Assembly (NCBI GenBank): GCA_013265495.1 | Contig: MU058687.1 | Location: 1,116,001 to 1,180,000 of the forward strand | Length of the DNA stretch: 64,000 nucleotides | Origin: Vicugna vicugna | Taxonomy: Eukaryota | Reading direction: 5' to 3' | Shown here: one piece after another, positions 49,501-63,090 of the stretch | How positions within the stretch are numbered: position 1 is the first letter of the stretch | Layout of the letters: each line of letters begins with the position of its first letter | Program-made: the position numbers and the translations under genes | Notes under the pieces: generated by a model | Told to the model about the DNA's origin: nothing | What the model saw: the letters and a program-made list of their open reading frames with translations, nothing else | Databases searched by the model: none

Positions 49501-52500
49501 TCCAGCACAGAGACTGTATTCAGCTCCTCAAGACAACTTACGCTTGGCTCTATGTGTTGCACGTGAATAACACACCTCTTCCCCCTACCCTTCAGCTGCC
49601 AGGGTCAGTTTTGGACCTTCTTCCCACCCTCCCTTGTCCGGACGACTGCTGTCCATCCCTGAAGGCCCATGTCAGATGTGAAGCTGTTCCTGCTTCCCCC
49701 ATCTGTTCCAGGCAGAATCCTGGAGCACAAAGCACTGAGTGAATGAAGCTTCCCAAAGAGCCATTTTGATCTTGATCCTCTCCTGCTCAAACATTTGCCA
49801 TGGCTACCTTTTGCAAAAAAGGCCTTTTGCACTATTTGGCTGCATTATCCCCTAGCATTCCCTAGGCCGTGCCAGTGAACCCCCCCTCCAGGAAAGCCAT
49901 CCCCCTGCCTTGGTCCAAACTTGGCCTGAAACTCCCCCTCTCCACTTCCTTGCTCAGGTGAGCCCCTCTTTCTGGAACACACACTACCAGACCCACCTAT
50001 TGAAATCCTACCCACTCTGCAAGGCCTGGGGTCTCCTGGTTCCTGGGAGGCTGATGGCTCCTGAAAGGGCATGAGAGAAACTTCCCTTGAGGGCCCAGGA
50101 TTCCTCTTCCACTCCTTCCCTGCTCTGTAGAGCCAATGGCTTTTGAACAACCTCCATCCTATATTCCATAATTTGAATCAAGCAGTAGCTGAAAACCTTC
50201 CATTAATGTTCCATGTGAATGCACATGAAGCATGTCATTGTACGTGGATGAACGTATATGTTCATGGGAAGATACTGGGCAGCATGTGCACAGGGAGCTA
50301 CATGTGTGTTTGGAAACGTGTGGGAATGAATGTGCCTCTGCATGTGTGAAAGTAGGTGTGTGCACACACGTGTGAACCTGTGTATGGACATGAAGCTGTG
50401 AAGGTGACCCCATGCTTATGTGCCAAAGCATGTGCGCACATGTATGGGGGTGTGTGTGTGTGTAGTAGGCGAATCTGTCTGTGCACACAGGTGTAAGTGT
50501 CCTTATGTGGTTCCTTCTGCCCAGCCCATGTGTACTGGGGAAGGCGAAGGCTGGTCAGTCTGCCTTCCATGCACATGTCCCCAGCCTCCAGGAGCATGGG
50601 GGAGGCACGCTGCATCCTGACTTTTGACAGAGATAAATGAAGCATCCCCGTGCAGTTGCCCAGCCATGGCAACGAGCAGCTGTGAGTGGCAGGGGTCTGG
50701 CCCCACAGTGACCTGGCCCCTGGCCTCCAGCCCTCGGCACTCCCTGTCCCCCACATAGCTGGTAACCAAGACTAGGAGGGCTCAGGAAGGGTCTAGCAAG
50801 AGGTAATGGTTCTGTCCTTGTCCCAGGCAACAGGAGTTGCATATATTGCATACTGGCAGTGGGGACAGTGACAGGGCCAGAGTATCCACAGAATGCTAGG
50901 GCTATGGTCCTCTTTCCTCTGGGGAGTGACCTTTAGAAGAACAAAGCAACAGGTTAATTCTGAGGGAGGGTCCATTTCTGTGAACTCACTTTAGGTAGAA
51001 CAAGGAGCTACAGGCTTAAACTGCATCAAGGAAGCTAAGGCTATACCCAAGGAAGAAGCACCCTTCACTGACCAAGGCCACAAAATCTATGTCTGCCAAG
51101 ATTCCTCCCTAACCACCCACATGGTGGTGGAGGGGGTCAGAGGCAGGAGACTGGCCTGGATGTCCTCTGCAGCTCTGAGGGGGTCTAGAGGGGAGTCTGG
51201 GGAGAGGATTAGCCAGGCGCACTTTCTGGACACTGCTCCCAAGACCCCTCCCTCCACTCCTCCCTCCGGAACCTTCTTATCCTCCACTTCCTGCTGCCCT
51301 TCTCTCACCTCCAAGTGGCTGCCCCAGCCTTGCCCCCAAAGTGGCTTCCTCCCTCCCTCCCTGCTGCTCCAGAATTCGGGAAAGAAGCCACATATTCTCC
51401 CAGAAGACCACTCCCAAAGGCCCAGCCCAATCCTGCCTGGTCCCTGGAGTGCAGCCCTAGGTCTCTCATCCACAGGAATGGTGCTTAGAGGCCCAAACCA
51501 GGAGGGGCGCCCCTGGAGGGCAGGGAGAGGGCATGCCTCAGTGGGCATAGTCCTCAACAGGGTGGTCCTGTGGGAGTCAAGGCTGACTGAACGTGAGTGT
51601 GTGCCCTGGGGCCACCACCTCAGTCCTGGGTCCTCCTTCTCTGAGGAGCTTCTCTCAGGGGCCTTTTCCTGGTGGCTTCCTCTTATTCTCAAGGGAGTGG
51701 CTATGGGAGAGGTGTTTGGGGAGGATATGGGGGTGGGGGATGCCCCTCATGCTCTGGGCTCTCCGCCCCTCCTCCTGGAGTTCCCGTGCCTTCCCTGGAA
51801 GGTCTGACCCAGGCAAGCCCAGGGACATGGGGAGGAGGTCATTAATCACCGTTATTTATTATTTCTTATGTAATGGGTATTATGAAACATGGGACCTTGT
51901 AACAGGCACAACTGGGAATATGTGGAAGATGGTCCCTACCAGTAAGAGCTTCCTGTGGGATGACTAGGTAGGCCAGGAGCCATCAAACCACCTGCAGACC
52001 AGCCTGGAAAAAGGGGTGCCGAGTAGGCTGGGCTCTGGCAGGAGATGGGTTGGTCTGCTGTGATTGCCTACTACCTCTAGGGGCCTCAAGGCAGAAAGGG
52101 AGCTGGGTTTGGGGCCCCCTGCACCACAACAGGCTCAGATCAGTTCTGGCTCCAGGGTGGCCTGGGTCACAGCTGGAGTTGTCACAATATTGACCCAGGG
52201 AGGAGATAACATCCACAGGGCTTGGAGTCCTAGTCGGACAAGGAGGGGGATGTCGCCGGAAAAGATCCCTGGCCCCCAGGGGGATCAAACTAAATGGGGC
52301 TTTAATAGGTCTCTTCCAGCTCAGATTTCATGGGTAATTGGAAGCAGGTCCTGAGCTGAGCAGAGTGGGCCGGCCTAGTGGTCTGCTGGGCGGGTGCCGC
52401 CTCCATGTCACCCCACACATCCCACTGAGGCCTCACTGGGGGCTTCTGGACTCCTTTTTCTCTGCTTCAGAAGTGCTGCTGTTTTAACCCCTTCCGGGAA

Positions 52501-55500
52501 AGAAGGTGGATAAGTGAGGGGAGTCAGAGTTAGCTTGGCAGGGGGTAGGGAGTAGGAGAAGCATGTCCCCTCACCAGGTTCATCCATCATTGATTCATTC
52601 ATTGATTCATTCATTGATTCATTCAAAAATATGCATTAACATTTAAAGCTGGCAACAACCCTTTAAGATCAAAACCCTACATTTTTAAAATTACAAAAGA
52701 GGTACATGTTGAAATAAAATTCAAGAAATGTCTAGATACATTTAAATAAAAAGTAAAAATCCTCCCCCCCCACACTCATTGCTCTATTCCCATCACCACT
52801 CCCATACTCCTGGGGTAAACTCTGCCTATAATTTATTGGATATCTTTCCAGATCATTTTCAATGCATTCCGTGTTATATCCTGCTGTTTTCAGTCAACAA
52901 TGCATCACTAGTATCCTTCCAAGGCAGTAAGTAGAGTGTGGATAGTCCTAACTCTCATTTTAAAGATGAGAGAACTGAGGTTCAAAAAGGTTTTATGGTT
53001 GTCCCAGGCTGCAGAGCCAGGCCTTCTTCTGACTCTGCCACGGCTTCCAGCCCCTTCCTTGCAGAGGGTGGATATGATGCAGCAGAGAGGCTGGAGAACC
53101 CGAGGGAGGGTTGGGATGGGAGAGAGCGGCTGGCAAATGAGAAGGAAGCAGCAGCCTAGGGAGAGGGTGCAGGCTCTGCTTGGAGTGCCACAGTGCCCCT
53201 CCTCTAGTGTCCCCCAGAAGCCAAGCTGTACTCATGCCCAGGGGCCTGGGCGGGGCAGGGCTGGTCAGCTAGCAGTAAAAGGGTTTTCAAACCAAACCTG
53301 GCAGGAGGGAAGGAAGAATTGCATTTCAGCTTCCAACACGCCTGATGGGCCTCTGTTCTCCCTCTAGGGCTACTGTTCTACATTCCCCTGCAGCTCATAG
53401 CTACCTGGCCTCTAGCATGTCCTCCAGTGGAGGATGGGTTGCCCCTTATCCCAGCCAAGACCCTGAGCATCCAGGACCAGCTCCTACTCACAGATGGCTT
53501 GGGGCACCCCCTCAGGAAGGGGACTGAGGGAACAGGCAAGTGGGAGGCCAGCCCAGCCTATGCCTCAGCTTAAGTGTAAATAAGACAGGCTCTGAAAAGG
53601 TTGTGACCCAGAGTCCTCCACACCAGACACCTACCCTTCCTATTTCTTGCCTGGGACCTCCAAGGGAGGGACTCTGGGAAGCTGAGAGAACACAGAGGAT
53701 GGACAGGAAAGAAAACATCCAGTGTTCTTTCCCCCAGCCGTACGCATGGACGTGCACACACACACCAATGCAGGAAGGGAGAACTCAGCCAGAGTGTAGC
53801 ACAGCTGCCCATCAGAGATGGATTAGGAGATGCTGCTTGTACACAGGGGCATGGGCCAGTGGCCATGGACCAGAGCTCTCTATTCCTGAGACTGGAAAAA
53901 TGCTCCCACAAGGATCACCCAGACCTTGAAGGGGATCACAGAGAGTCTCCCAAAAGGCACTCAGGCCAAACAGGGAAGGGAGCACCGATCTGCTCACTCT
54001 GCTAATATCCTTGACAAACCTACCCTGTGCCAGGCACCATGCTGGGCCTAGGAGTACAGAATGCTCCAGCACCACTGGGCATATCGGAATGAGGGTCCCT
54101 ACTGGCAAGAGAGGGGCCGATCCCTCCAGATGGGATTGGCTGAGCAGTCACTGAGGGGCTGCAGAATGGTCTTTGGCCAAGCTGAGGCCATACCTAGGAT
54201 GAAGATCCTCATCCCAGACCCCACCTCAGCTAGTGCCCAGGAAAAAGTGCCCCAGAAGACCCACATCTCCTCCCTGCTCCCAACCCACCCGTCCCCACAG
54301 TTCTGGCCTTGGCTGGGGCCCCAGAAAGAAAATCACTAAGGAGGATTGAGTGTCAATTCACAAGCTAATCCGATCAGCGCAAAGAGCTACAGCACATGCT
54401 GTTCCCCGCACCGCCACCTCCTCCCCTGCTCCGCAGACCCTGGCGGCTGCCAGCTGTCGGCCCGGCCCCTGCCTGGCTACGAGGCCAATTACAGCAGCCT
54501 TAATCACCACGGTGGCGGCGGCGTTAACAACTGTCTGCCCCTCAGTCTCCTTCCTGGGGCGTCGCGGAGGGGATGACCCCTTGCAGCTCTCCTCGAAGGA
54601 GCAGGAGCGTGAAACTGGATCCCAACAACAAGCCGGTGGCCGCCATCCAGGGTAACGCCTGGCTCCTCTCGCTGCCTGCTGGTCTCCTGTGTGTTTGCTG
54701 GGCTCTTCCTGGCCCTAGGGCGGAGAGCCCACCAGGACAGGCCTGGGGTCTGAGCATCCCCTGAGCACTAACGCCATTACTCCCTTCCAGCCGCCATTGC
54801 TGCCAGCAGTAGAGCTGGGGAGGCGTTGCTTTCTGCCAGCCGCCGGAGCAAACTAGGTACCCGGACGTTGAGGTCTGCTTGGCATTTCCTCTGTTGGCTT
54901 TGGCTGGTGAGGCCAGGCCAGTAGGCCGCCCTCTTGACCCGAGCTGAGTCAAACAGGCACGTCTGGGACTCTAGAGCCCACTGACTTCTGCTCTGTGCCC
55001 CATAGGGAATCCTGTTCCGGAAAAAAAAGATCACCCCTCCCTGCCTGGGCTCCCACTGAGCTGCCTTTCCTTGCCTTGTAGGGTGCTGTGACCGCATGAG
55101 GCCTGGCTGGTCCCCAATCTGGCTCATCTCAACGCATGTTCCTCAGGCCCAGGAATGGAGCCCACAGAATTTGAAAATCTCTGAGCCTCCCAGTGCTTCC
55201 TGGATGTGGTGAGGCCTCGCGGGCTGCAGGCTTTCAAGGCTGGGGTTCACTGGGGTGGGCATGGGGGATCTGAGCTCCTCTGATCTCCTGCCCCCATCTG
55301 TCTGTGAAATAATTTCCTTAGCCCAAGGCCTGTTCTTTGCCTGGACCCCAAGGGGCAAGGAGGCTGCTCTGGGCATCAGTATCCAGGTTCCAGCTTGGGA
55401 ACATGCAGGAGCTCACGTGCCCAACCCTGCAAGGGCCAGCTTCACCTACAGCATCAGCATTGCTGGCTCCAGTTCCTCAGCCCATGTTTTCTTTGGCTTT

Positions 55501-56954
55501 GGGTCCCTAGGACACCAGATTGTCCAAAACAAGACGACTTTGTGATACTCATTTTCCCAAAGAGCAGAGTCTGCAACACAATCAGACTGTTTGTGTGCAG
55601 AGCGGTCCCCAGCAGCTCCCTCCCGGGTGGCCCCCATCCCTGCCCCACCCAGGTCCCCTTGGGGCATAGAGCCCTTCTCATTCCCAGTGGGCAGGGTCTC
55701 TGGCTTAGGATTTGGGCAGGCTGGGCAGAGAGGGCAGAGTGAAATCCCATTGCTATCACTGGTCCACAGCTCTTCCCTCTCTCCCTCTTGGGGTGCCAGC
55801 AGAGCCCCTGTGAGAAGAAGCAGGAAATTGGAATAGTCTAGAGCACAGGTTCTAGAATTAGAGACACCTGAATATGAATCTCAGCTCTACTACACACCAG
55901 CTGTCTGCCTTGAACTAGGGACCAAATGGCTGTGGAATTCAGCTGCTTTGTCAGTAAAATGGAGACAACAGAGGTACCTATGGCCTAGGGTTTGTGAGAG
56001 GAGTCAATGGCCTAGCATACAGTAATCCCTCAATAAATGGCTATCCCTTTGCATGGGGTTGGCTGAGCAGTCACTCAGGGGTCTGCTGAGTGGTCCTTAG
56101 GCCATATCTAGGATGGAGATCCTGAACCCCTACCCCATAGTTGCTTCCTTGCAGGCTGGCTCTGCACTGCAGTCTCCTTGAATAGGCTCCAGGCTCAGGC
56201 TGGCTCTCTCCTGAACACTGCCCCATGGCCATCAGGGACTTGCCATCTCGACTGGACAGGCCAGCCCACTAGGACAAAGCAGTCTTGTGGGGGTGGGGGC
56301 ACTCAAAGATGGTTGGGTACCTGAAACCCTACTTGTGGAGGTCTCCACCTTTCTCCAGGGGAAGAGAAGACATAGCACAAACATCCTTGGCTCCTCAGGG
56401 CCAGGCATATGAATGCTCAGAAATCTGCTAAATGTGTAGTAAAGGAAGTTAAAAGGCTCTGGATTTCCTACACTGCTCATGGGAGGAACAACAGACACAA
56501 TTTTTCTGGAAAGTTTAGGGTGATATTAATCAAGAAGACTGAGGAGGGTTTATCACCTTGATGAGCAAGTTCACTTCTGGTACTCTCCCTTGGGAAATAA
56601 TCTGAAATGCCAGAAGTCAGACAAGGCTTGAGGAAGGCCCATAAAAATTTCTACAAAGATGTTCTTCTCAGTGTCGTTTATAATAGCAAACAAACAAAAA
56701 AACAAGGAAGATACCTCAGTATCCAATGGCAGGAGTATATTATGCTATATCCATCCACATAAGGAATTAAAGAGTAAGCACTAAAAATTATGTCTAGGAA
56801 AAAATTTAATAAAATGGCAACATCGAGTAAAAACACAGCATATTTAATTGCTGACATAATCTTAATTATGTGAAAAATAGGTTATAAATGGATGAACAAA
56901 ATGTGAAAGGTATATATTATATACATATAATAATAATAATTATTATTATTATTA

Positions 56955-57310
56955 CTGTTACCATTCAGCCTTAAAAACGAGTAAATTCTGACACATGCTA
57001 CAACATGGATGAACCTTAAGGACCATCATGCTAAGTGAAATAAGCCAGATAGAAGAGGACAAACACTGTACGATTCATATGAGGCACTTAGACTAGTCAA
57101 ATTCAGAGAGACAGAAAGTAGATTGGTGGTTGCCAGGCTGAGGGGAATGGAGAGTTATTGTTTAATGGGTACAGGGTTTCAGTCTGGGAAGACGAAAAGT
57201 TCTAGAGAGGGGGATGGCTGCACAAGAATATGAATGTACATTTTAAAATAAACTGTACTCTTAAAAATGGTTAAAATGGTAAATTTTACATTACGTGTAT
57301 TTTACCACAA
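56955..57310 (+). mobile_element. L1M (L1MA/MB-like) 3' end
   Basis: ATTCTGACACATGCTACAACATGGATGAACCTT...GAGACAGAAAGTAGATTGGTGGTTGCCAGG...AAAATGGTTAAAATGGTAAATTTT. Confidence 0.8.
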
Positions 57311-59231
57311 TGTTCTTAGTGAACATTTTCGAGTGGAGGGATTATGAGTGATCTTTATTCTTTTTAGTTTCCAACATTTGCCCCTAGTAAATGAGATTGT
57401 TTGTTTTGTTTGTTGTTTGTTTTAAGGAAGCTTGCTGCAGCATCTCCCAGATGTGTGCGGGGGTAGGGTAGAGGGAAGAGGCTCAGTCCGGCTGCAGCTG
57501 GAAATGAGGGGAGAAGTATGGCCTGCTGGGGGAGGGCTGGCGCAGAGAAGGCCTGGGGTCTCCCCTAAGCTCTCACTCCCCCCCTGGCTGGCCTCTTTCT
57601 CTGCCTTGCCTCCACACTCCGCCCTTGCCCAGGGACCTCTCCGTAGGAACAGCACATCACTAGCCTGAGAGGGCTGTCCCAGCCCTAGTGGGAATGCGGG
57701 CTTGGGGCTTTCTCAGATGGTCAGTACCCGAGACGCCTTCCCCGCTGCTATTCCGCCCCAGCCCAGCTGCAAAAACAACAGCCCATACCCAAAGCCCTGT
57801 TATTGTAGCCCAGAGTGGAGCCTTGGTGCGCAGCGGAACGAGTGAGATTGAGGCTTGCCAGCCCTAAAGAGATCTAGGGTGGTTGGAGGGTCCCCTCCTG
57901 CTCCCCTGGGGAAACCTGGCTCCAAGGTGTGGGAGTAAAGGGCTTTGGGAGGCCTGGGGGACTGAGAGCCAACTCTGCTAGTGGCCTCCCTGCCTCCCTG
58001 GGGACTATAGCGGGTGGTGGCGGAGGCGACGGAGGCGGGGTGGGGGGGGTGGGAGGAAGTCAAGCCACTTGGGAACCCACTGAGCCAAGCCGTGGGCAGG
58101 AGGAGGCACCACCGTGGCTCCCAGGCAGGCCAGGGCCAAGGCTTTCCCACGGGGTGCAGCTGGCCACCGGGCTCTAAGGAGCCATCCACCCCAGCAGGGC
58201 CTGGGAGCCCTGGGAGGTTTCCATGCAGTCTTCCCTTCAGGGGGTAGGGACTGGCAGGAAGAGACCCCTCTCCACCCACCACCACCCTCAGGTGTGTGCA
58301 GGGCACCCTAGCGAGGCCAGGGCATGGCTCACAGAGGCCTGCCACTCAGCTTTCTTAGCATCAGCTCGGGTCTTATTCATCAGCTCCTTACTCATGTGAC
58401 AGGTAGGAACGCAGAGTTTATATCCCCAACATCCTGAAGACCTCAGGCTGGTGGAAGCCTAGCCCATTTGACCCCTAATGACCATTCCTCTCACTCTAAC
58501 ATGAAGAGTATAGATGTTGTAGAATTAGGAGGCACCGTGGAAGTCTCTGGAGACAGACAAACCTGGATTAGAACCTAAGCTTTGCCTCATTGGCTATAAG
58601 TCTGGGCATATCACTTAACCTCTCTGAGCCCTGGCTCCCTCCACTGTAAAATGAAGAAATAACATTTACCTTGTAGAGTATTGGAAAGTTTAGATGTAAT
58701 ATATGTCTCTGGCATAATGTAGGTGCTTAGTAAGTGAAGGACGCTGTGATTCTTATTTCTCAAGCCTCAAGAAGTGATACTAGTTGAGATTAGAAAGAAT
58801 TTCCTGATCTCAGTGCTCAGCTCAGTTCTCCCTACCCGCCAAATTCTGCACAACATAGACAGCATGCTTGAGAAAATTCCTTATCTTTCCTTTTTCTACT
58901 CAGGTTGGGAAGCAGTTAAGCAAACTACCCTTTGCAGTTAGACAATGACTGCCTGTTGTTAAGGATGTTCCTGGCCACAGGCATCAAACCAGGGCTAGAA
59001 ACTGTTCCAGGGAAAGGAGAGCCAGACGGGAGAGGGTGGGCCAATGGAAGCCACTAGCAGTCTCTGTCTGCAGGTTAGTTGCTGAGTGTCACTTATGCAC
59101 CAAGAGTGGCAGGAAGCTGCTCAGACCCAGGCTTCCTGACTGGGTTGCACGATCATGAAAGGTCTGTAGGTGTTTTGAAATGCTCTCAGGTGGTTACGCT
59201 AACTGATTCTTTCTTGAAAGAGATGAGTTAT

Positions 59232-60000
59232 AGAAATAAAAGCTAGTGACTAGGAATAGACTTACCATATGATCCAGCAATCCCATCCCTGGGCATATAT
59301 CCAGAAAGAACCCTAATTCACAAAGAGAATTCACCTGCACCCCAATGTTCAAAGCAGTACTATTTACAATAGACAAGACATGGAAACAACCTAAATGTCC
59401 ATCAACAGATGACTGGATAAAGATGTTGTGGTATACTTATACAATGGAATACTATTCAGCCATAAAAACGACAACATAATGCCATTTGCAGCAACATGGA
59501 TGTCCCTGGAGAATGTCATCCTAAGTGAAGTAAGCCAGAAAGAGAAAGAAAAATATCATATGGTATCACTCATATGTGGACTCTAAAAAAAAAAAAGACA
59601 AATGAACTTAAATATAAAACAGAAACAGACTCACAGACATATAATACAAACTTGTGGTTGCCAGGGGGGAGGTGGGTGGGATGGGACAGACTGGGGGTTT
59701 GAGATTGATGGATACTGACAGGTACATATAGAATAGATAAACAACTTTATATTATATAGCACAGGGAAATATATACAAGATCTTGTGCTGGCTCATAGGG
59801 AAAAAATATGAAAATGAATATATGTATATGCATGTATGACTGAAAAATTGTGCTGTATGCCAGAAATTGACACAACATTGTAAACTGATTATAATTCAAT
59901 AAAAAAAAACAAAAAAGAAAAGTCACATGCACCCCAATGTTCACAGCAGCACTATTTACAATAGCCAAGACATGGGGAAAAAAAAAGAAATAAAAGCTAG
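59232..60000 (+). mobile_element. Young 5'-truncated LINE-1 with a perfect 15-bp TSD (AGAAATAAAAGCTAG at 59232-59246 and 59986-60000) and two A-tails
   Basis: ORF2 C-terminal and 3'UTR text; A-tail at ~59899-59921; extra 52-bp segment; second A-tail; exact TSD. Confidence 0.92.
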
Positions 60001-60734
60001 CATTATTTTTATCAGGACTACCCAGTTTTCAAAATTACCACCACATCTTTATTAAGTAAATTAGAATCACCTTCTATGGAGATTTTTAAAAATTCTCTTG
60101 ATTATGTAATGAGTATCCAGACCTACTGCTTTAAAGATCAATAGTAGTATGTCTCTAAATCTTTAAGATCATACCATTTATCAAATATCACTATTATTAT
60201 CATCTCCACTGACATACAAGATCACATAGTTTTAGGAGGGGCAGGACTGAGATCTAAATTGAGATTCACATGACTTCCAAACCCAAGTTTTTGAACAGTT
60301 TAACATTCCATTACACAGCTACCACAGCTAAGAGGGTAACTGTGGGCCTTGGTCTCCACATTTTTTCCCCCCAGAATCACAGACTACTTGTTTTTCTTCA
60401 ACCTATGTGCTTCGTACAATTCTCACTTAGGATGTACCTATCACTTGTAGAATAACTGATGTCTTGACCAGAACCAGCTCACTTCATACGGCTCTTTAGA
60501 GATGAAAGGAAAGAAGGAATATGAATGTCTTCAATAAAAGGCAAAATCCTCTAAGTGTAAGAAATGATGCTGTTTATTACTACTGAGTCTCCCCCAGTAC
60601 AGGAGTTGTTTTCCAATATGCTATATAGTACTTGGTATAAAGAAGCTCAATAAATATTTGTTGCGTATGGAATATGTTGCTCTATGAAGAGCAACCATTA
60701 ATACACAGTACTAATAACAACAGTGTCGTATTTT

Positions 60735-61380
60735 TTCTTTTTTTTTAAACATCTTTATTGTGGTATAGTTCCTGTACATATTTTAGACATGCAATTTGAT
60801 GAATTTTGATAGATGTATACACCCATGAAACCACCACCAGAATCAAGATAGCTAACATTTCCTTCATTCCCAAGAGGTACAATTTTCAAATTCCCAATTT
60901 ATCCCTTCCCACCCCCTTTAACCCCTGGTTAACCATAAGTTTGTTCTCTATGCCTGTGAGTCTATTTCTGTTTTGTAGATAAGTTCATTTGTATCCTTTT
61001 TTTTTTAGATTTCACATATAAGTGATATCATATGGCATTTTTCTTTCTCTTTCTGGCTCACTTTACTTAGAATGATGATTTCCAGGTCTATCCATGCTGC
61101 TGCAAATGGCATTATTTTATTCTTTTTTATGGCTGAGTAGTATTCCATATAAACATAAACATAAACATAAACATAAACACATACACACACACCACATCTT
61201 CTTTATCCAGTCATCTGTTGTTGGACATTTGGGTTGCTTCCATGTCTTGGCTATTGTAAATAGTGCTGCTGTGAACATTGGAGTGCATGTGTCTTTTTGA
61301 ATTAGAGTTTCCTCTGGATATATGCCAGGAGTGGGATTGCTGGATCATACAGTAAGTCTATGTTTAGTTTTTTAAGGAAA
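60735..61380 (-). mobile_element. Minus-strand L1 sequence: old L1M 3' end (~60735-60870) abutting a younger L1 3' fragment (~60885-61380) with internal (AAACAT)n
   Basis: Reverse complement of the same L1 text as the 59.3-kb copy (e.g. CCATGTCTTGGCTATTGTAAATAGTGCTGC). Confidence 0.85.
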
Positions 61381-62619
61381 GTGTAGTAATTTTTCCTAAT
61401 CACATGCCCTGGGACCACTACCGTGTCTCTCATTAGAATTTCCCTCCAAATTCCTAGCAATTAACCATGTTTAAGTGGCAGAGAATCTCAAGAACAGAGC
61501 CAAGTTTCCACAAGAATATAAATCCACATTTAAACAAAGCTTAGCTTCTACTCGAGCAGAATTAACTAGTAATACATTCTTACCTGGGCTAAGAATAGGG
61601 TTGGGCCCCTTGGAGGACAAAACAGAAGCTTAGTTAAGGCTCCAGCAACTCAAAAAGTTAAGCCAAAGGGGAATTTGTTGAGAAGTCCAAGGGTGGCTCT
61701 ACCTTCAGGCCTAGCTAGCTCTAAGGGCCTAACTCAGCTCATTTGCTCTTTGCCCTCTCACTCTAGGACTTGGCTCTGCTTGCTTCTGCTTCTCCTGGAG
61801 CAGCTGCCTGACTTTCTCCTGCAGACAAGCTTTCTCTATGAGGCAGGAAGGGTTGCCACTGATAGTCCTAAGCCATCCTCCCTACAGTAGAAGAGGAGCT
61901 AAACCTGCTCTCTTCTGGAGGTCAATAAAGTCAATCATGGGGAAGGATTGAATGGCTTTGCACAATCAGGCAGCGTGGAAGTGGAGGACTGACCAGATTT
62001 GGGTGGTGTGCCATCCTTGTGGTGAGGGGCCATGTTGGGGCACCAGGAGGCCCTGGGATTGACACTTCCACCTGAATGACACATGCGATGAGGAGGGGCA
62101 GTTCCCAAAGGAAAGGGGGTGCAGGGCAGACAAAAACAACAGGTGTCCACTACAATAGCACTTGTTCTCAGGTTGCGTAGAGACATGACTTATCCACCAA
62201 AACAATCAGGGAAGGATAAAAACAGTAGTGCATTTACATGCCCAAGCATTGAGTCAAAGCCCTTCAGGAAAAGGAAGTGATATGATGGAGATTCTTTAGA
62301 ACTGAAAGAGAAAGACACAAATATTTTGGTTGGCTTCCCGCCTCCAAGTTGAGAATCATCATCATACTCACCTTACTCTCCAAATTAAGTTTGGAAACTG
62401 TTATTATGCAGATAATTAGTCAGAATGTTTGAAATTGGGATACTTTGGAAAAATCTGGAAGATTTGATCAATTTACTCCTGCTTGAGAGAATGGGCCTGA
62501 TGAAGGATTCTTCTTTTTCTTACAAATAACTTTTCTTTCTGACTATAAATGAGATATGTTTCTTGTAGAAATCTTGGAAAATACAGAACAGCACACAAAT
62601 GAAAATAAAAATCACTCTT

Positions 62620-63090
62620 GTATCTGTTAGGATCAGGTGTGACTGCAAGTGATAGAAATCCCAAGGTAACAGCTTAAACGAAACTGAAGTTTGCTTTGCT
62701 CTTAGCTACATGAAGTCCAAAAGCCCGGTCTGGCATGGGAGTTCTGCTCCACAAAGGCCTCAGGACACCGAGGCTCCTTCTAGCTCCCTGCTCTGCCATT
62801 CCTGCAGTGAGGCCTGCATCCTCATCATCTAAGCCGGCAGAAGAGAAAGGCAGCAAGAAAGAGAAAAGGACAAAGAGGCTAAGGACCCACGTCAGCTATC
62901 TGGTAGGGAAGGTTCTCAGAAATAGCAACACAGCACATCCACATCATTGCATTGGGAAGAATGTAGTCACCTGGCCATATCAACCTGCTGGGGAGACTGG
63001 GAAATGTAGTCTTTTTTTCTAGGTGGCTATTTGCCCAGATAAAACTCTACTACTATAAAATAATGGCTTTTGAGGCAATCAAGGGTCTCT
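62620..63090. mobile_element. MaLR (MLT1-like) LTR
   Basis: TGACTGCAAGTGATAGAAATCCC...CAGCTTAAAC...GGAGACTGGGAAATGTAGTCTTT. Confidence 0.55.

Noticed and set aside
51087..51807. Overlapping 228-aa (+) and 201-aa (-) ORFs
   Set aside because: Low-complexity Pro/Ser/Gly-rich translations with no recognisable domain or exon structure; expected by chance in GC-rich DNA.
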